From: a virus
Strand: one strand, 5' to 3'
UHGV virus genome: UHGV-0072754
Length of the DNA stretch: 38,035 nucleotides
The notes under the pieces were generated by a model, which worked only from the letters and a program-made list of their open reading frames with translations, made no database searches and was not told the DNA's origin. Made by a program: the position numbers and the translations under genes. Of the stretch, positions 7,729 through 15,879 are shown piece after piece (within the stretch, counting starts at the first letter, position 1; each line of letters begins with the position of its first letter).

Positions 7729-8523
7729 ATGAATCAGTTATTCGTAATTGATGGCGTTTCCGTACGCCGTGATTTTGATGGTCGTTACTGCCTGAATGAT
7801 TTGCATCGTGCGGCGGGAGGTGAAAAACGTCACCAGCCTTCCAACTGGTCCTGTCTTACCCAAACGCAAGAACTCATCGCTGAAATTTCGAGCGCTCCTG
7901 GAATTACAGGAGCGGCCCCGTTGGTCACCCTTACTGGTGGTGTTAACCAGGGGACATTCGTCTGCAAGGAGTTGGTTTATTCCTATGCAATGTGGATCAG
8001 CCCGAAATTTAACCTCAAAGTCATCAGAACGTTCGATGCCGTACAGAACCCTGCATCCAATGCGCCGACATCCGACAAAATTCAGGCTGGCGTGATCCTG
8101 CTTGAATCGGCGGCGAAAATGCTGAACCTCTCAAACTCTTCAAGGCTCGGTGCTTATCAAAAACTCCAGCAGGTAGCTGGTCTTCCAGATCTGATGCCGC
8201 ATTACGCGATCGATGCACCTGCCGGTGCGCAGGATGGGTCCAGCCGTCCCACACAATCACTCAGCGCTCTGCTTAAAGCAAAAAACATCCGCATCACCGC
8301 CAATCAGGTTTATCACATGATGTCCCGCTTTGGGATTGTGGAACAAAAAGAGCGAAACAGTCGGTCTGGAGTGAATGGTGTTAAAAAGTTCTGGTCACTT
8401 ACTGCCAAAGGCTGCATGTATGGCAAGAACATCACCAGTCCTGCGAACCCGCGAGAAACTCAGCCTCATTTCTTTGAGTCGAAGTTTGCGGAGCTTCTTA
8501 AAATAATCGACATCGTAGCCTGA
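7729..8523 (+). CDS. KilA-N domain protein with antirepressor-like C-terminal region (264 aa)
   Basis: N-terminal KilA-N signature (VRRDFDGRYCLNDLHRAAGG ... GTFVCKELVYSYAMWISPKF); GGAG SD before ATG 7729 (track start 7717 is GTG); hairpin GCGGG...CCCGC upstream. Confidence 0.75.
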   Translation: MNQLFVIDGVSVRRDFDGRYCLNDLHRAAGGEKRHQPSNWSCLTQTQELIAEISSAPGITGAAPLVTLTGGVNQGTFVCKELVYSYAMWISPKFNLKVIRTFDAVQNPASNAPTSDKIQAGVILLESAAKMLNLSNSSRLGAYQKLQQVAGLPDLMPHYAIDAPAGAQDGSSRPTQSLSALLKAKNIRITANQVYHMMSRFGIVEQKERNSRSGVNGVKKFWSLTAKGCMYGKNITSPANPRETQPHFFESKFAELLKIIDIVA

Positions 8524-8530
8524 GGTAACA

Positions 8531-9520
8531 GTGAGAGCATTACTGACACCTGAAGTTGCACCAATGTCCGGGGTGGTACTGTTTCGCCCCGGAAACGAAC
8601 TGCTGTGGTTGTTTCGCCGTGGCAGGGTGGTGATTGAAACGCCTTCCGAAGCAATCAAGCACCTGCCATCTGGACTGATTCCTGAAGCCCACCAGCCACT
8701 GACAGATGATGTCAGTGTGCAGGAGCTTTTCCTGAATGAGAGAGTTATTCAGCGTGCTGGTGGACTGAGTGGCCTTGATGCCTGGCTGGAACGTAAATTC
8801 GAATGTCAGTGGCCGCACAACGAATGGCACTCAAAGGACTTTACACTTCTACGCCACGCCCCCGGCAGCATTCGCCTGTGCTGGGGATGTGATAACCAAC
8901 TGCGTGAACAAACTACAGAAAGACTGGCAGGAATTGCCATGCAGAACCTGGTAAAATGGCTGCTCGAAAGGGTGAATATCATGCTGGGTTTCAGCGCTGA
9001 CCACACCCTGACGCTGCCGGAGTTTTGCTGGTGGATGATACGTAACGATCTGGCTGACCTGATTCCTGAATCAGTGGCTAGCCAGGCGCTCCGGATTAAG
9101 CCTGAATCGCACAGTTCAGTGATGCGTGAAAGCGACATTGTTCCGTCATTACCAGCAACTGAAATCCTCCAGGAGAAAGTTAAGAAGATAGTCTCGGTGA
9201 AGGTCGATCCTGAATCACCTGAATCTTTCATGCTGAGGCCAAAGCGCCGTCGCTGGGAGAACGACAAGTACACCCGCTGGGTGAAGTCGCAGCAGTGCAG
9301 TTGCTGCAATAACCCGGCAGACGACCCCCATCACCTGATTGGCCACGGGCAAGGTGGAATGGGTACCAAAGCGCATGACCTGTTTGTGATACCGCTGTGC
9401 AGAGCGCATCACGATGAGTTACACGCTGATCCTGTGGCATTTGAAGCGAAGCACGGCGACCAGTTAACGCTGTTGTTTCGGTTTTTAGATCGTGCGCTGG
9501 CAATCGGCGCACTGGCGTAA
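8531..9520 (+). CDS. DUF968-like nin-region protein with C-terminal Cys/His (HNH-like) motif (329 aa)
   Basis: GTG start with GAGG SD; C-terminus CSCCNNPADDPHHLIGHG...CRAHHDELH; recalled resemblance to DUF968 prophage proteins. Confidence 0.55.
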   Translation: MRALLTPEVAPMSGVVLFRPGNELLWLFRRGRVVIETPSEAIKHLPSGLIPEAHQPLTDDVSVQELFLNERVIQRAGGLSGLDAWLERKFECQWPHNEWHSKDFTLLRHAPGSIRLCWGCDNQLREQTTERLAGIAMQNLVKWLLERVNIMLGFSADHTLTLPEFCWWMIRNDLADLIPESVASQALRIKPESHSSVMRESDIVPSLPATEILQEKVKKIVSVKVDPESPESFMLRPKRRRWENDKYTRWVKSQQCSCCNNPADDPHHLIGHGQGGMGTKAHDLFVIPLCRAHHDELHADPVAFEAKHGDQLTLLFRFLDRALAIGALA

Positions 9521-9533
9521 GTGGAGACGCAGC

Positions 9534-10112
9534 ATGATCAATCCTTCAGAAGTTGGCAAATCGGGCGAGATGGTTCGCCTTCGCACTCTCGAAAGTATCT
9601 GGGTACAGGGTAAGCTCCGTATGTGGGGCCGCTGGTCTTATATCGGTGGTGGCTCTGGCGGAAACATGTTCAACCAGCTGCTGGCATCGGGGAAAATCAC
9701 CAAGACCGCTATCAACGATGCGCTGCGCCGCATGAAGAAATCCGGTATCACCAAACCCGAGCTGGAAGCGTACCTGCAAGAAATTCTCGACAGTAAAAAC
9801 AAAACTGGCCTGACGTTCTGCTCGGACGAAGAGGGGCTTAAGATTGACGGCGTTATTGCGGCAGTGCTGATGAACGAAGAATACCGTGGGCTGTATAGTG
9901 TGATTGTTGATCGTCATCGTCTGCGTAAAAGCAAACTCCAGATGGCTAAAGAGCTTAATTCAAAACACCCCGACTGGACCCTTATTACATGCCGTCGTCG
10001 TATTGATACATGGGTAAGTCTTGCAGAATCGATCATTTACGCACCACTTTGTGACGCGTTTGGCACAAATAGCGACAGATTTAAGTTGCATAGTGAGCAA
10101 GAAAGTGCTTAA
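9534..10112 (+). CDS. Late-gene antitermination protein Q
   Basis: GGAG SD before ATG 9534; motif LRMWGRWSYIGGG recalled from the phage antiterminator Q family; upstream of a terminator-rich leader and the lysis cassette. Confidence 0.7.
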   Translation: MINPSEVGKSGEMVRLRTLESIWVQGKLRMWGRWSYIGGGSGGNMFNQLLASGKITKTAINDALRRMKKSGITKPELEAYLQEILDSKNKTGLTFCSDEEGLKIDGVIAAVLMNEEYRGLYSVIVDRHRLRKSKLQMAKELNSKHPDWTLITCRRRIDTWVSLAESIIYAPLCDAFGTNSDRFKLHSEQESA

Positions 10113-10114
10113 AT
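10086..10114 (+). promoter_or_regulatory. Candidate late promoter (pR'-like) overlapping the Q stop
   Basis: TTGCAT-N17-TTAAAT; alternative weaker candidate TTGACC-N17-GTAACT at 10261-10289. Confidence 0.3.
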
Positions 10115-10164
10115 TGTGGTAGGCTCGGGACAGTAAAGCGTACTGAGCAACAAATCAAAACATA

Positions 10165-10195
10165 AACCCGCCACTGCTGCGGGTTTTTTATTTTA
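10165..10195 (+). terminator. Intrinsic terminator in late leader
   Basis: CCCGC-cactgct-GCGGG followed by TTTTTTATTTT. Confidence 0.65.
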
Positions 10196-10435
10196 AGGGC
10201 TGCCTCCGGGTGGCCTTTTTTGTTTCCCCTCGTTCTGAGAGGACTCATGGCGATGATGTATTGACCGCTAGAATGGATTAGTCGTAACTTATTATTGTGG
10301 TGAATCCTTTCTAAGCGAAAGGGCGTTCCAGTCAACTGCTATCTGCAGGTATGCGCGCGGCTTTGCTGACTTGGGTAGAGTCACCGGGAGGCACCCGGCA
10401 CCATGACAATAACAATACAGTTTCAAATTCCTTGA

Positions 10436-10467
10436 GAGCCTGCCGTAAAAAGCAGGCCTTTTTTTAT
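10436..10467 (+). terminator. Intrinsic terminator in late leader
   Basis: GCCTGC-cgtaaaaa-GCAGGC followed by CTTTTTTTAT. Confidence 0.65.
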
Positions 10468-10618
10468 GAATTTGCAAACTGCTGCTACGCTTGAAATGTG
10501 TGTTGAAGGTAATTGCCTGATGGTTCTCCTGAACCGTTGTGAACCAGCCCGATACTGTCTCACTCAGGTCAGTTAGCAAGACTCACGACTACCTACCTTA
10601 CTTACTAATAGTCACTCA

Positions 10619-10650
10619 TTAGCCCGCCTTCAAAAGCGGGCTTTTTTTAT
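10619..10650 (+). terminator. Intrinsic terminator 45 bp upstream of the holin gene
   Basis: AGCCCGC-cttcaaa-GCGGGCT followed by TTTTTTTAT. Confidence 0.65.
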
Positions 10651-10695
10651 TCCCCTCATCACTGAGAGGATTCACGGCAATAAGAGGGGGACTAG

Positions 10696-11091
10696 ATGTC
10701 CGATCCTGTTTCTGGCACGACAGTAGCGGCTGGTGGTCTGATGGGGGCCAGCATGTTCGGCCTGGCAACAGGCATAGACTACGGTGTGGTGTTTGGCGCA
10801 TTCGCTGGTGCCGTGTTCTACGTCGCTACGGCAGTTAATATCAGCCGCCTTAAGCTGGTGGGCTACTTCATCACCTCATTCATCTTCGGCGTTATCGGCG
10901 CTCCACTGCTTGGCTCTTACTTCTCCAAATGGACGGGGTATAGCGACAGGCCACTCGATGCGCTGGGCGCGGTAATCGTAGCCGCTATTGCTATTAAGCT
11001 GCTGACGTTCGTAAACAGTCAGGATTTGGGTAGCCTGTTTGGAATTCTCTCGCGTTTACGTGGTGGAGGGGCCAGCAATGGTAACAAGTGA
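10696..11091 (+). CDS. Holin-like membrane protein (131 aa)
   Basis: Several hydrophobic helices, Gly/Ala-rich; first gene of lysis cassette. Confidence 0.55.
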   Translation: MSDPVSGTTVAAGGLMGASMFGLATGIDYGVVFGAFAGAVFYVATAVNISRLKLVGYFITSFIFGVIGAPLLGSYFSKWTGYSDRPLDALGAVIVAAIAIKLLTFVNSQDLGSLFGILSRLRGGGASNGNK

Positions 11092-11359
11092 TCCGAGTGC
11101 GATGGCAAACGCAATTATCTCTGCTGTTATCGTTATTGCACTGATGTTCTACCAGCGCGGCGGGGCGAGACATCGCCCTCTGATATCGCTGATGGCTTAT
11201 TTCACGGTGCTGGTATACGCCAGCGTCCCGTTCCGTTACCTGTTCGGCTTGTACCATGAATCGCACTGGTTCGTGGTGCTGGTGAACGTCCTGATATGCG
11301 CCGCCGTTCTCTGGGCTCGGGGAAACGTAGCACGCCTGGTTGATGCACTGAGGCACTAA
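11078..11359 (+). CDS. Second small membrane protein of the lysis cassette (holin/antiholin candidate, 93 aa)
   Basis: ATG 11078 overlaps upstream stop; 2-3 predicted TM segments; immediately precedes endolysin. Confidence 0.5.
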   Translation: MVTSDPSAMANAIISAVIVIALMFYQRGGARHRPLISLMAYFTVLVYASVPFRYLFGLYHESHWFVVLVNVLICAAVLWARGNVARLVDALRH

Positions 11360-11985
11360 TGAACCAATCACAATTTCAAAAGGCGGCTGGGCTAAGCGCC
11401 GAGTTAGCTGCACGCTGGTTTCAGCCAGTGAGTGATGCGATGAAAGAGTTCGGCATTACGAAACCGGTAGACCAGGCAATGTTCATAGCTCAGGCAGGGC
11501 ATGAATCAGCAGGCTTCACTCTGCTGGTGGAGAGCTTCAACTACCGCATTGCAGCACTCGTGAATTTCATCCGTGCCGGACGTCTCACAGCAGACCAGGC
11601 AAATGCGCTTGGCCGCCGTCCTGAGGAACGAACATTACCGATTGAGCGCCAGCGAGCCATTGCTAACCTGGTATACAGCAAGCGAATGGGGAACAACGCT
11701 CCCGGTGACGGCTGGTTATACCGTGGGCGTGGACTTATCCAGATTACCGGACTCAATAACTACCGTGATTGCGGGAACGGCCTGAAGGTTGATTTGGTTA
11801 AGCAGCCTGAGCTGTTGGCCGAAGATGTTTATGCATCCAGAAGCGCGGCGTGGTTCTTCGCCACTAAGGGATGCCTGAAGTATTCCGGCGACCTGATGCA
11901 GGTGACGAAGATTATCAACGGCGGAACGAACGGACTGGAAGATCGTCGCGCTCGTTTCGGTCAGGCCAAAACGGTATTGGTGTGA
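11359..11985 (+). CDS. Endolysin, glycoside hydrolase family 19 (chitinase-like lysozyme)
   Basis: Motifs FIAQAGHESAGF, YRGRGLIQITGLNNY, YSGDLMQVTKIINGG typical of GH19 phage endolysins. Confidence 0.8.
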   Translation: MNQSQFQKAAGLSAELAARWFQPVSDAMKEFGITKPVDQAMFIAQAGHESAGFTLLVESFNYRIAALVNFIRAGRLTADQANALGRRPEERTLPIERQRAIANLVYSKRMGNNAPGDGWLYRGRGLIQITGLNNYRDCGNGLKVDLVKQPELLAEDVYASRSAAWFFATKGCLKYSGDLMQVTKIINGGTNGLEDRRARFGQAKTVLV

Positions 11986-11992
11986 GGTTGAT

Positions 11993-12268
11993 ATGGGATT
12001 AGAAACAATCGTCGGTATTGCTGCCCTGATAATGGCGGCTATCGCAGGTGCCTTTGGCATTGGTCACTCACGCGGCACCAGCAAAGCGGAAGCTAAAGCC
12101 GACCAACTGCGCACCGAAGAAAAGGCCGCAGCCACTGAAGCAGTAGCCGAACGCCGGGTAGAAGCAACGAAAGAGGCCAGCAATGTACAGCAGACTGTTA
12201 ACCGCATGCCTGATGACGATGTTGATCGCGAGCTGCGCACCACGTGGAAGCGTCCCGGTGGTGGTTGA
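11993..12268 (+). CDS. i-spanin (Rz-like)
   Basis: N-terminal TM helix then charged coiled-coil region; follows endolysin. Confidence 0.7.
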   Translation: MGLETIVGIAALIMAAIAGAFGIGHSRGTSKAEAKADQLRTEEKAAATEAVAERRVEATKEASNVQQTVNRMPDDDVDRELRTTWKRPGGG

Positions 12269-12419
12269 TACCGCCTGTGACTGGGTAAAGCCAATCTACC
12301 TGACCGATCACGACATCGACGTTATGGACCGCCAGACGAAGAAAGACATCCTGGCGCATAACAAAGCGTGGCAGGCGAACTGCCAGAAACCAATAGCAGT
12401 CACCATTCCAAAAGGATAA
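12183..12419 (+). CDS. o-spanin lipoprotein (Rz1-like), overlapping i-spanin in another frame
   Basis: Lipobox LIASC after signal peptide; gene starts inside the Rz-like gene in a different frame (classic Rz/Rz1 architecture). Confidence 0.7.
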   Translation: MYSRLLTACLMTMLIASCAPRGSVPVVVDTACDWVKPIYLTDHDIDVMDRQTKKDILAHNKAWQANCQKPIAVTIPKG

Positions 12420-12474
12420 GCATGACAGCAGGCATTCAATTATCGCCTATGATGATGCTCTTTTATTTAGTTGC

Positions 12475-12483
12475 TGATATAAT
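12475..12483 (+). promoter_or_regulatory. Extended -10 promoter (TGaTATAAT) for the AT-rich moron
   Basis: TGATATAAT 32 nt upstream of the moron start; strong AGGAGGG SD follows. Confidence 0.35.
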
Positions 12484-12514
12484 CCCCCCTAAATGATTTC
12501 AGGAGGGATCTGCG

Positions 12515-12823
12515 TTGTCCGCGATAAACCACATAAAAAACCCGTTAACGATTATCGGTATTTTTGCGGGGATAGTAGAGGTCTCTGCAAACCTCGTATT
12601 ACCTTTTCTTAATGATTCCCAGCAAAGTACATATCTTTGGTTTTTAATGTTTTTCCCGGCAGGGCTTGTAATAGTGTTTTTTTTGACGCTGAATTTTAAT
12701 CATGTTGCACTTTATGCTCCAAGCGATTATAGCAACGATAGAGGATTCATGCAGGCCAATGGTAAAATGATCGGTAATGATGTTCAGGATACTGATGCAA
12801 CACAAGGCTTTGAATTAACATGA
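12515..12823 (+). CDS. Small membrane protein, AT-rich moron gene 1 (102 aa, TTG start)
   Basis: TTG start 7 nt after AGGAGGG; two hydrophobic helices; markedly lower GC than flanking phage genes. Confidence 0.5.
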   Translation: MSAINHIKNPLTIIGIFAGIVEVSANLVLPFLNDSQQSTYLWFLMFFPAGLVIVFFLTLNFNHVALYAPSDYSNDRGFMQANGKMIGNDVQDTDATQGFELT

Positions 12824-13086
12824 ATAAATTCATCTCAAGCACTTTTAATAATACTATCGTCGAACTGGATGGCAACCATTACGAAAAGTGCGTTTTTGAA
12901 AATTGCGAAATTGTATATAAGGGGTTACAGCCTTTTAATTTAATTAATTGTAATTTTATTGCATGCAAATGGAAATTTGAAGGTGCAGCGTCAAACACAA
13001 TTAATTTTTTAAAGGTTATGTATAAAGATATGGGTGAGTTTGGAAAGAAAATGGTAGAAGCCACTTTCGAAAACATAAAAAAATAG
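12820..13086 (+). CDS. Small Cys-containing soluble protein, AT-rich moron gene 2 (88 aa)
   Basis: ATGA overlap with gene 1; repeated motifs resembling pentapeptide repeats (FENCEI, LINCNF, FIACKW); low GC. Confidence 0.5.
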   Translation: MNKFISSTFNNTIVELDGNHYEKCVFENCEIVYKGLQPFNLINCNFIACKWKFEGAASNTINFLKVMYKDMGEFGKKMVEATFENIKK

Positions 13087-13118
13087 TTTCATCCATTTAC
13101 TTTCAATTTATGAGATAT

Positions 13119-13145
13119 TGCCCTGCAATCGCGGGGCTTTTTTAT
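13119..13145 (+). terminator. Intrinsic terminator closing the moron
   Basis: CCCTGC-aatc-GCGGGG then CTTTTTTAT. Confidence 0.55.
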
Positions 13146-13256
13146 GCGCATCGCACGCGCACATCAAAGAAAGTCTTTCAGCTGTGAGCCTGGGCAAACC
13201 GTTAACTTTCGGCGGCCTTGCCGTGCGACAGGCTCACGTCTAAAAGGAAATAAATC

Positions 13257-13838
13257 ATGGGTCAGAAAATTATTACGTTGTCCGGCGCGGCGACGGATGT
13301 TCTGTATGCGCTGTTTTTCCGTGGCGCGCTTCAGTCTGGTGACCTGCCAGCTAAATCTGGTGCCGCTGAGCTTCGAGAGTTGGGATTCGCTGAAACACGC
13401 CATACCGCGACGGAGTATCAAAAGGAAAATTATTTCACCTTCCTGACTGCTGAAGGGCAGGAGTTTGCCATTAAGCATCTGGTAAATACGCGCTTTGGTG
13501 TGCCAGTGGGTAAGCAGTATTGCAGCGCAATCAAAATTGATGTTGAGCTGGACACGTCAGACGCACAAAAGGTTCTTGACGAATTGGACGACAAAATCCG
13601 AAACAACGATGCATTTAAGGCCATGAAAGACGGATGGCAGCTCGAAAAAAACGGAACGATGATTATTAATAACGGCCAGGTATTCATAAAAGATGCCTTC
13701 ATCGATCCCGAAATTAAGACCAGTGTGAAGCTATCCCCTGAAATGGAAAAAGCTATTTCTGATGCTGTGTCAGCCGAACTTAAAAAGAATCTTAAGCCCG
13801 GTGGCATAATCTGGGATTGCTTACGGCGTGGAATCTGA
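13257..13838 (+). CDS. Hypothetical protein (193 aa), first gene of glycosyltransferase module
   Basis: AAGGAAA SD; no family recognised. Confidence 0.55.
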   Translation: MGQKIITLSGAATDVLYALFFRGALQSGDLPAKSGAAELRELGFAETRHTATEYQKENYFTFLTAEGQEFAIKHLVNTRFGVPVGKQYCSAIKIDVELDTSDAQKVLDELDDKIRNNDAFKAMKDGWQLEKNGTMIINNGQVFIKDAFIDPEIKTSVKLSPEMEKAISDAVSAELKKNLKPGGIIWDCLRRGI

Positions 13839-13849
13839 AGGGAGATTTT

Positions 13850-15307
13850 ATGCAGGTCACTATTAATGGTGTCCCATACGCTCCCGCCAGCGTCGTTTCA
13901 TCACGGATCGGCATTGCAATTTCGACACATCAGCGCACAGACGTATTAAAACGAGCACTCGAACAGCACATGAAGCATCTTCCCGCCAGCGCGCTGGTGG
14001 TGGTGGTCGATGATGGTTCAAAACCTGCAGCTGTAGTTCCCCACGGCGTTCAGCTGCATCGACATGAAACATCACTCGGCATTGTTGCTTCGAAGAACAC
14101 TAGCCTGTCAGCCCTGATGGACGCCGGGTGTGAGCATCTCTTCCTGTGGGACGATGACGCCTGGCCCATCGCTGATAACTGGCACTTGCCTTACATTGAA
14201 TCACCCGAGCCACACCTGGCTTACCAGTTTCTCGATCTGGCTGGCCGCAATAAGTTGAATGACCTTTCGGTGCTTTACCGTGACGATCAGCATGTGGCGT
14301 ATACCGGGCAGCGCGGCGTGATGCTGTATTACCACCGCAGCGCCATCGAGAAGGTGGGCGGATTCGATCCGGTTTATGGTCGCGGCATGTACGAACATAG
14401 TGACCTCGCCCTGCGCATCCATAATGCTGGCCTGACGACATGGGCTTACGGTGATGTGGTCGGTTCAGAAAAGCTGATTCACTCTCTCGATGAGCATGAA
14501 GCAGTGGAGCGTTCGGTACCGAAACCAGACCGGCAGGCGCTGGTGGAACGTAACGTTAAAATCCACAACGAACGGCGCGATACCGGGTTTACTGGTTACG
14601 TTGAATACCGCCAGCAGCGCGACGTGGTTATCACTACGTTACTGACCAGCCAGCCTGACCCTCAGCGCGGCACAAAAATGACGGCCTCGCCTGACATGCT
14701 GAGTAAATGGGCGGCATCGCTGCGTAATTGTGGACGTATCGCGCTGGTGGATGAACTTCAGACGGCCCCGGCAGACGTTGAGCTGTACCGCGTCCCTGAC
14801 GTGAAGATGAATGTCTACTTTCGTCGCTGGTTGCACATCTGGCAGCACCTGCGAGAACACCCTGAATACCGGTTCGTCTGGTGTACCGATGGGACCGATG
14901 TCGAAATGCTTCGCGCACCGTGGGAAGAAATGCAGCCCGGTAATGTTTATGTCGGTTCAGAACCGAAGACATACGCCGACGCATGGGCAAAACAGAATCA
15001 TCCTGAGCGTATCTATCAGGAGTTCATTGAAGCGCACCGCAATAATGTGATGCTTAACGCTGGTCTGCTGGGTGGCACCCGCGCTGATGTAATGGCGTTC
15101 GCTCACGGCATCATCCGTCTTTACTACCGGATCGAGAGTTATCGTTTCTGGAAGAAAGAACAGGCTGGCGCCGCGGTGGGGGATATGATCGCTTTTGGCA
15201 TTGTCTCGCAGTCATTCGCTGACAGGCTGGTCACCGGCCCTCTGGTACATACCGTTTTCAAAACTGATGGTATCGGTAAGGAGGCCGCATGGTGGAAACA
15301 CAAGTGA
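13850..15307 (+). CDS. Glycosyltransferase, GT-A fold (family 2-like) N-domain plus unknown C-terminal domain (485 aa)
   Basis: GAAGGGAGA SD before ATG 13850; motifs VVVVDDGS, FLWDDDAWP (DXD-type), GGFDP...GMYEHSDL characteristic of GT2 enzymes. Confidence 0.65.
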   Translation: MQVTINGVPYAPASVVSSRIGIAISTHQRTDVLKRALEQHMKHLPASALVVVVDDGSKPAAVVPHGVQLHRHETSLGIVASKNTSLSALMDAGCEHLFLWDDDAWPIADNWHLPYIESPEPHLAYQFLDLAGRNKLNDLSVLYRDDQHVAYTGQRGVMLYYHRSAIEKVGGFDPVYGRGMYEHSDLALRIHNAGLTTWAYGDVVGSEKLIHSLDEHEAVERSVPKPDRQALVERNVKIHNERRDTGFTGYVEYRQQRDVVITTLLTSQPDPQRGTKMTASPDMLSKWAASLRNCGRIALVDELQTAPADVELYRVPDVKMNVYFRRWLHIWQHLREHPEYRFVWCTDGTDVEMLRAPWEEMQPGNVYVGSEPKTYADAWAKQNHPERIYQEFIEAHRNNVMLNAGLLGGTRADVMAFAHGIIRLYYRIESYRFWKKEQAGAAVGDMIAFGIVSQSFADRLVTGPLVHTVFKTDGIGKEAAWWKHK

Positions 15308-15879
15308 AGTTTATTGTGGTTGGCCATCACTCTCGCATAGGTCATGCGCAACGACTTGCCGCGCAGCTGGATGCTCATCTGCTTATTGATGACGGTAACC
15401 GCGGCGCGAACTGGAATCATCGGCGTGCGCTTGAGTGGGCAGCAGAGCAAACATGCCGGGTAGTGATGTTGGAAGACGACGCGATTCCTGTGCAGGGCTT
15501 CACCGATAAGGTAACTGAATGGCTGGTGCGCTTCCCTGACGACATGCTGAGCTTTTATCTCGGTACCGGCCGACCGCCGCAATATCAGAAAGAGATTGCC
15601 GGAATGCTGGTGGATGCGGATCGCGTCTGTGGTGACCACATCGTATTAAGCAAACTGATACACGGAGTATGTTACAGCCCTCCGCAGGGCAGGCTGGCGC
15701 GCATGCTTAACGCATGGAATAAAACGCTGGCAGCTGATTACGCCGTCGGTGAGGCATTCGGTGGCCGGGTGATTTATCCGTGTTACTCGCTGGTGGACCA
15801 CGCTGACCTCCAGACGGTTGAGCGTCACCCTGACAACGAGCCGAGGACAGAACGCCGCCGCGCATGGAGGCTGGCATGA
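15289..15879 (+). CDS. Hypothetical protein (196 aa), possibly nucleotide-sugar transferase-like
   Basis: AAGGAGG SD; overlaps the end of the GT gene; acidic motif VVMLEDDAIP; ATGA-coupled to HNH gene. Confidence 0.5.
   Translation: MVETQVKFIVVGHHSRIGHAQRLAAQLDAHLLIDDGNRGANWNHRRALEWAAEQTCRVVMLEDDAIPVQGFTDKVTEWLVRFPDDMLSFYLGTGRPPQYQKEIAGMLVDADRVCGDHIVLSKLIHGVCYSPPQGRLARMLNAWNKTLAADYAVGEAFGGRVIYPCYSLVDHADLQTVERHPDNEPRTERRRAWRLA

Noticed and set aside
10199-10226. Fourth terminator in the late leader
   Set aside because: It has a T-run but the preceding stem pairs poorly (GGC/GCC only); not called as a terminator.
10466-10576. 36-codon Cys-rich small ORF between late-leader terminators
   Set aside because: Its ATG lies inside the terminator T-run with no SD; more likely noncoding leader RNA.
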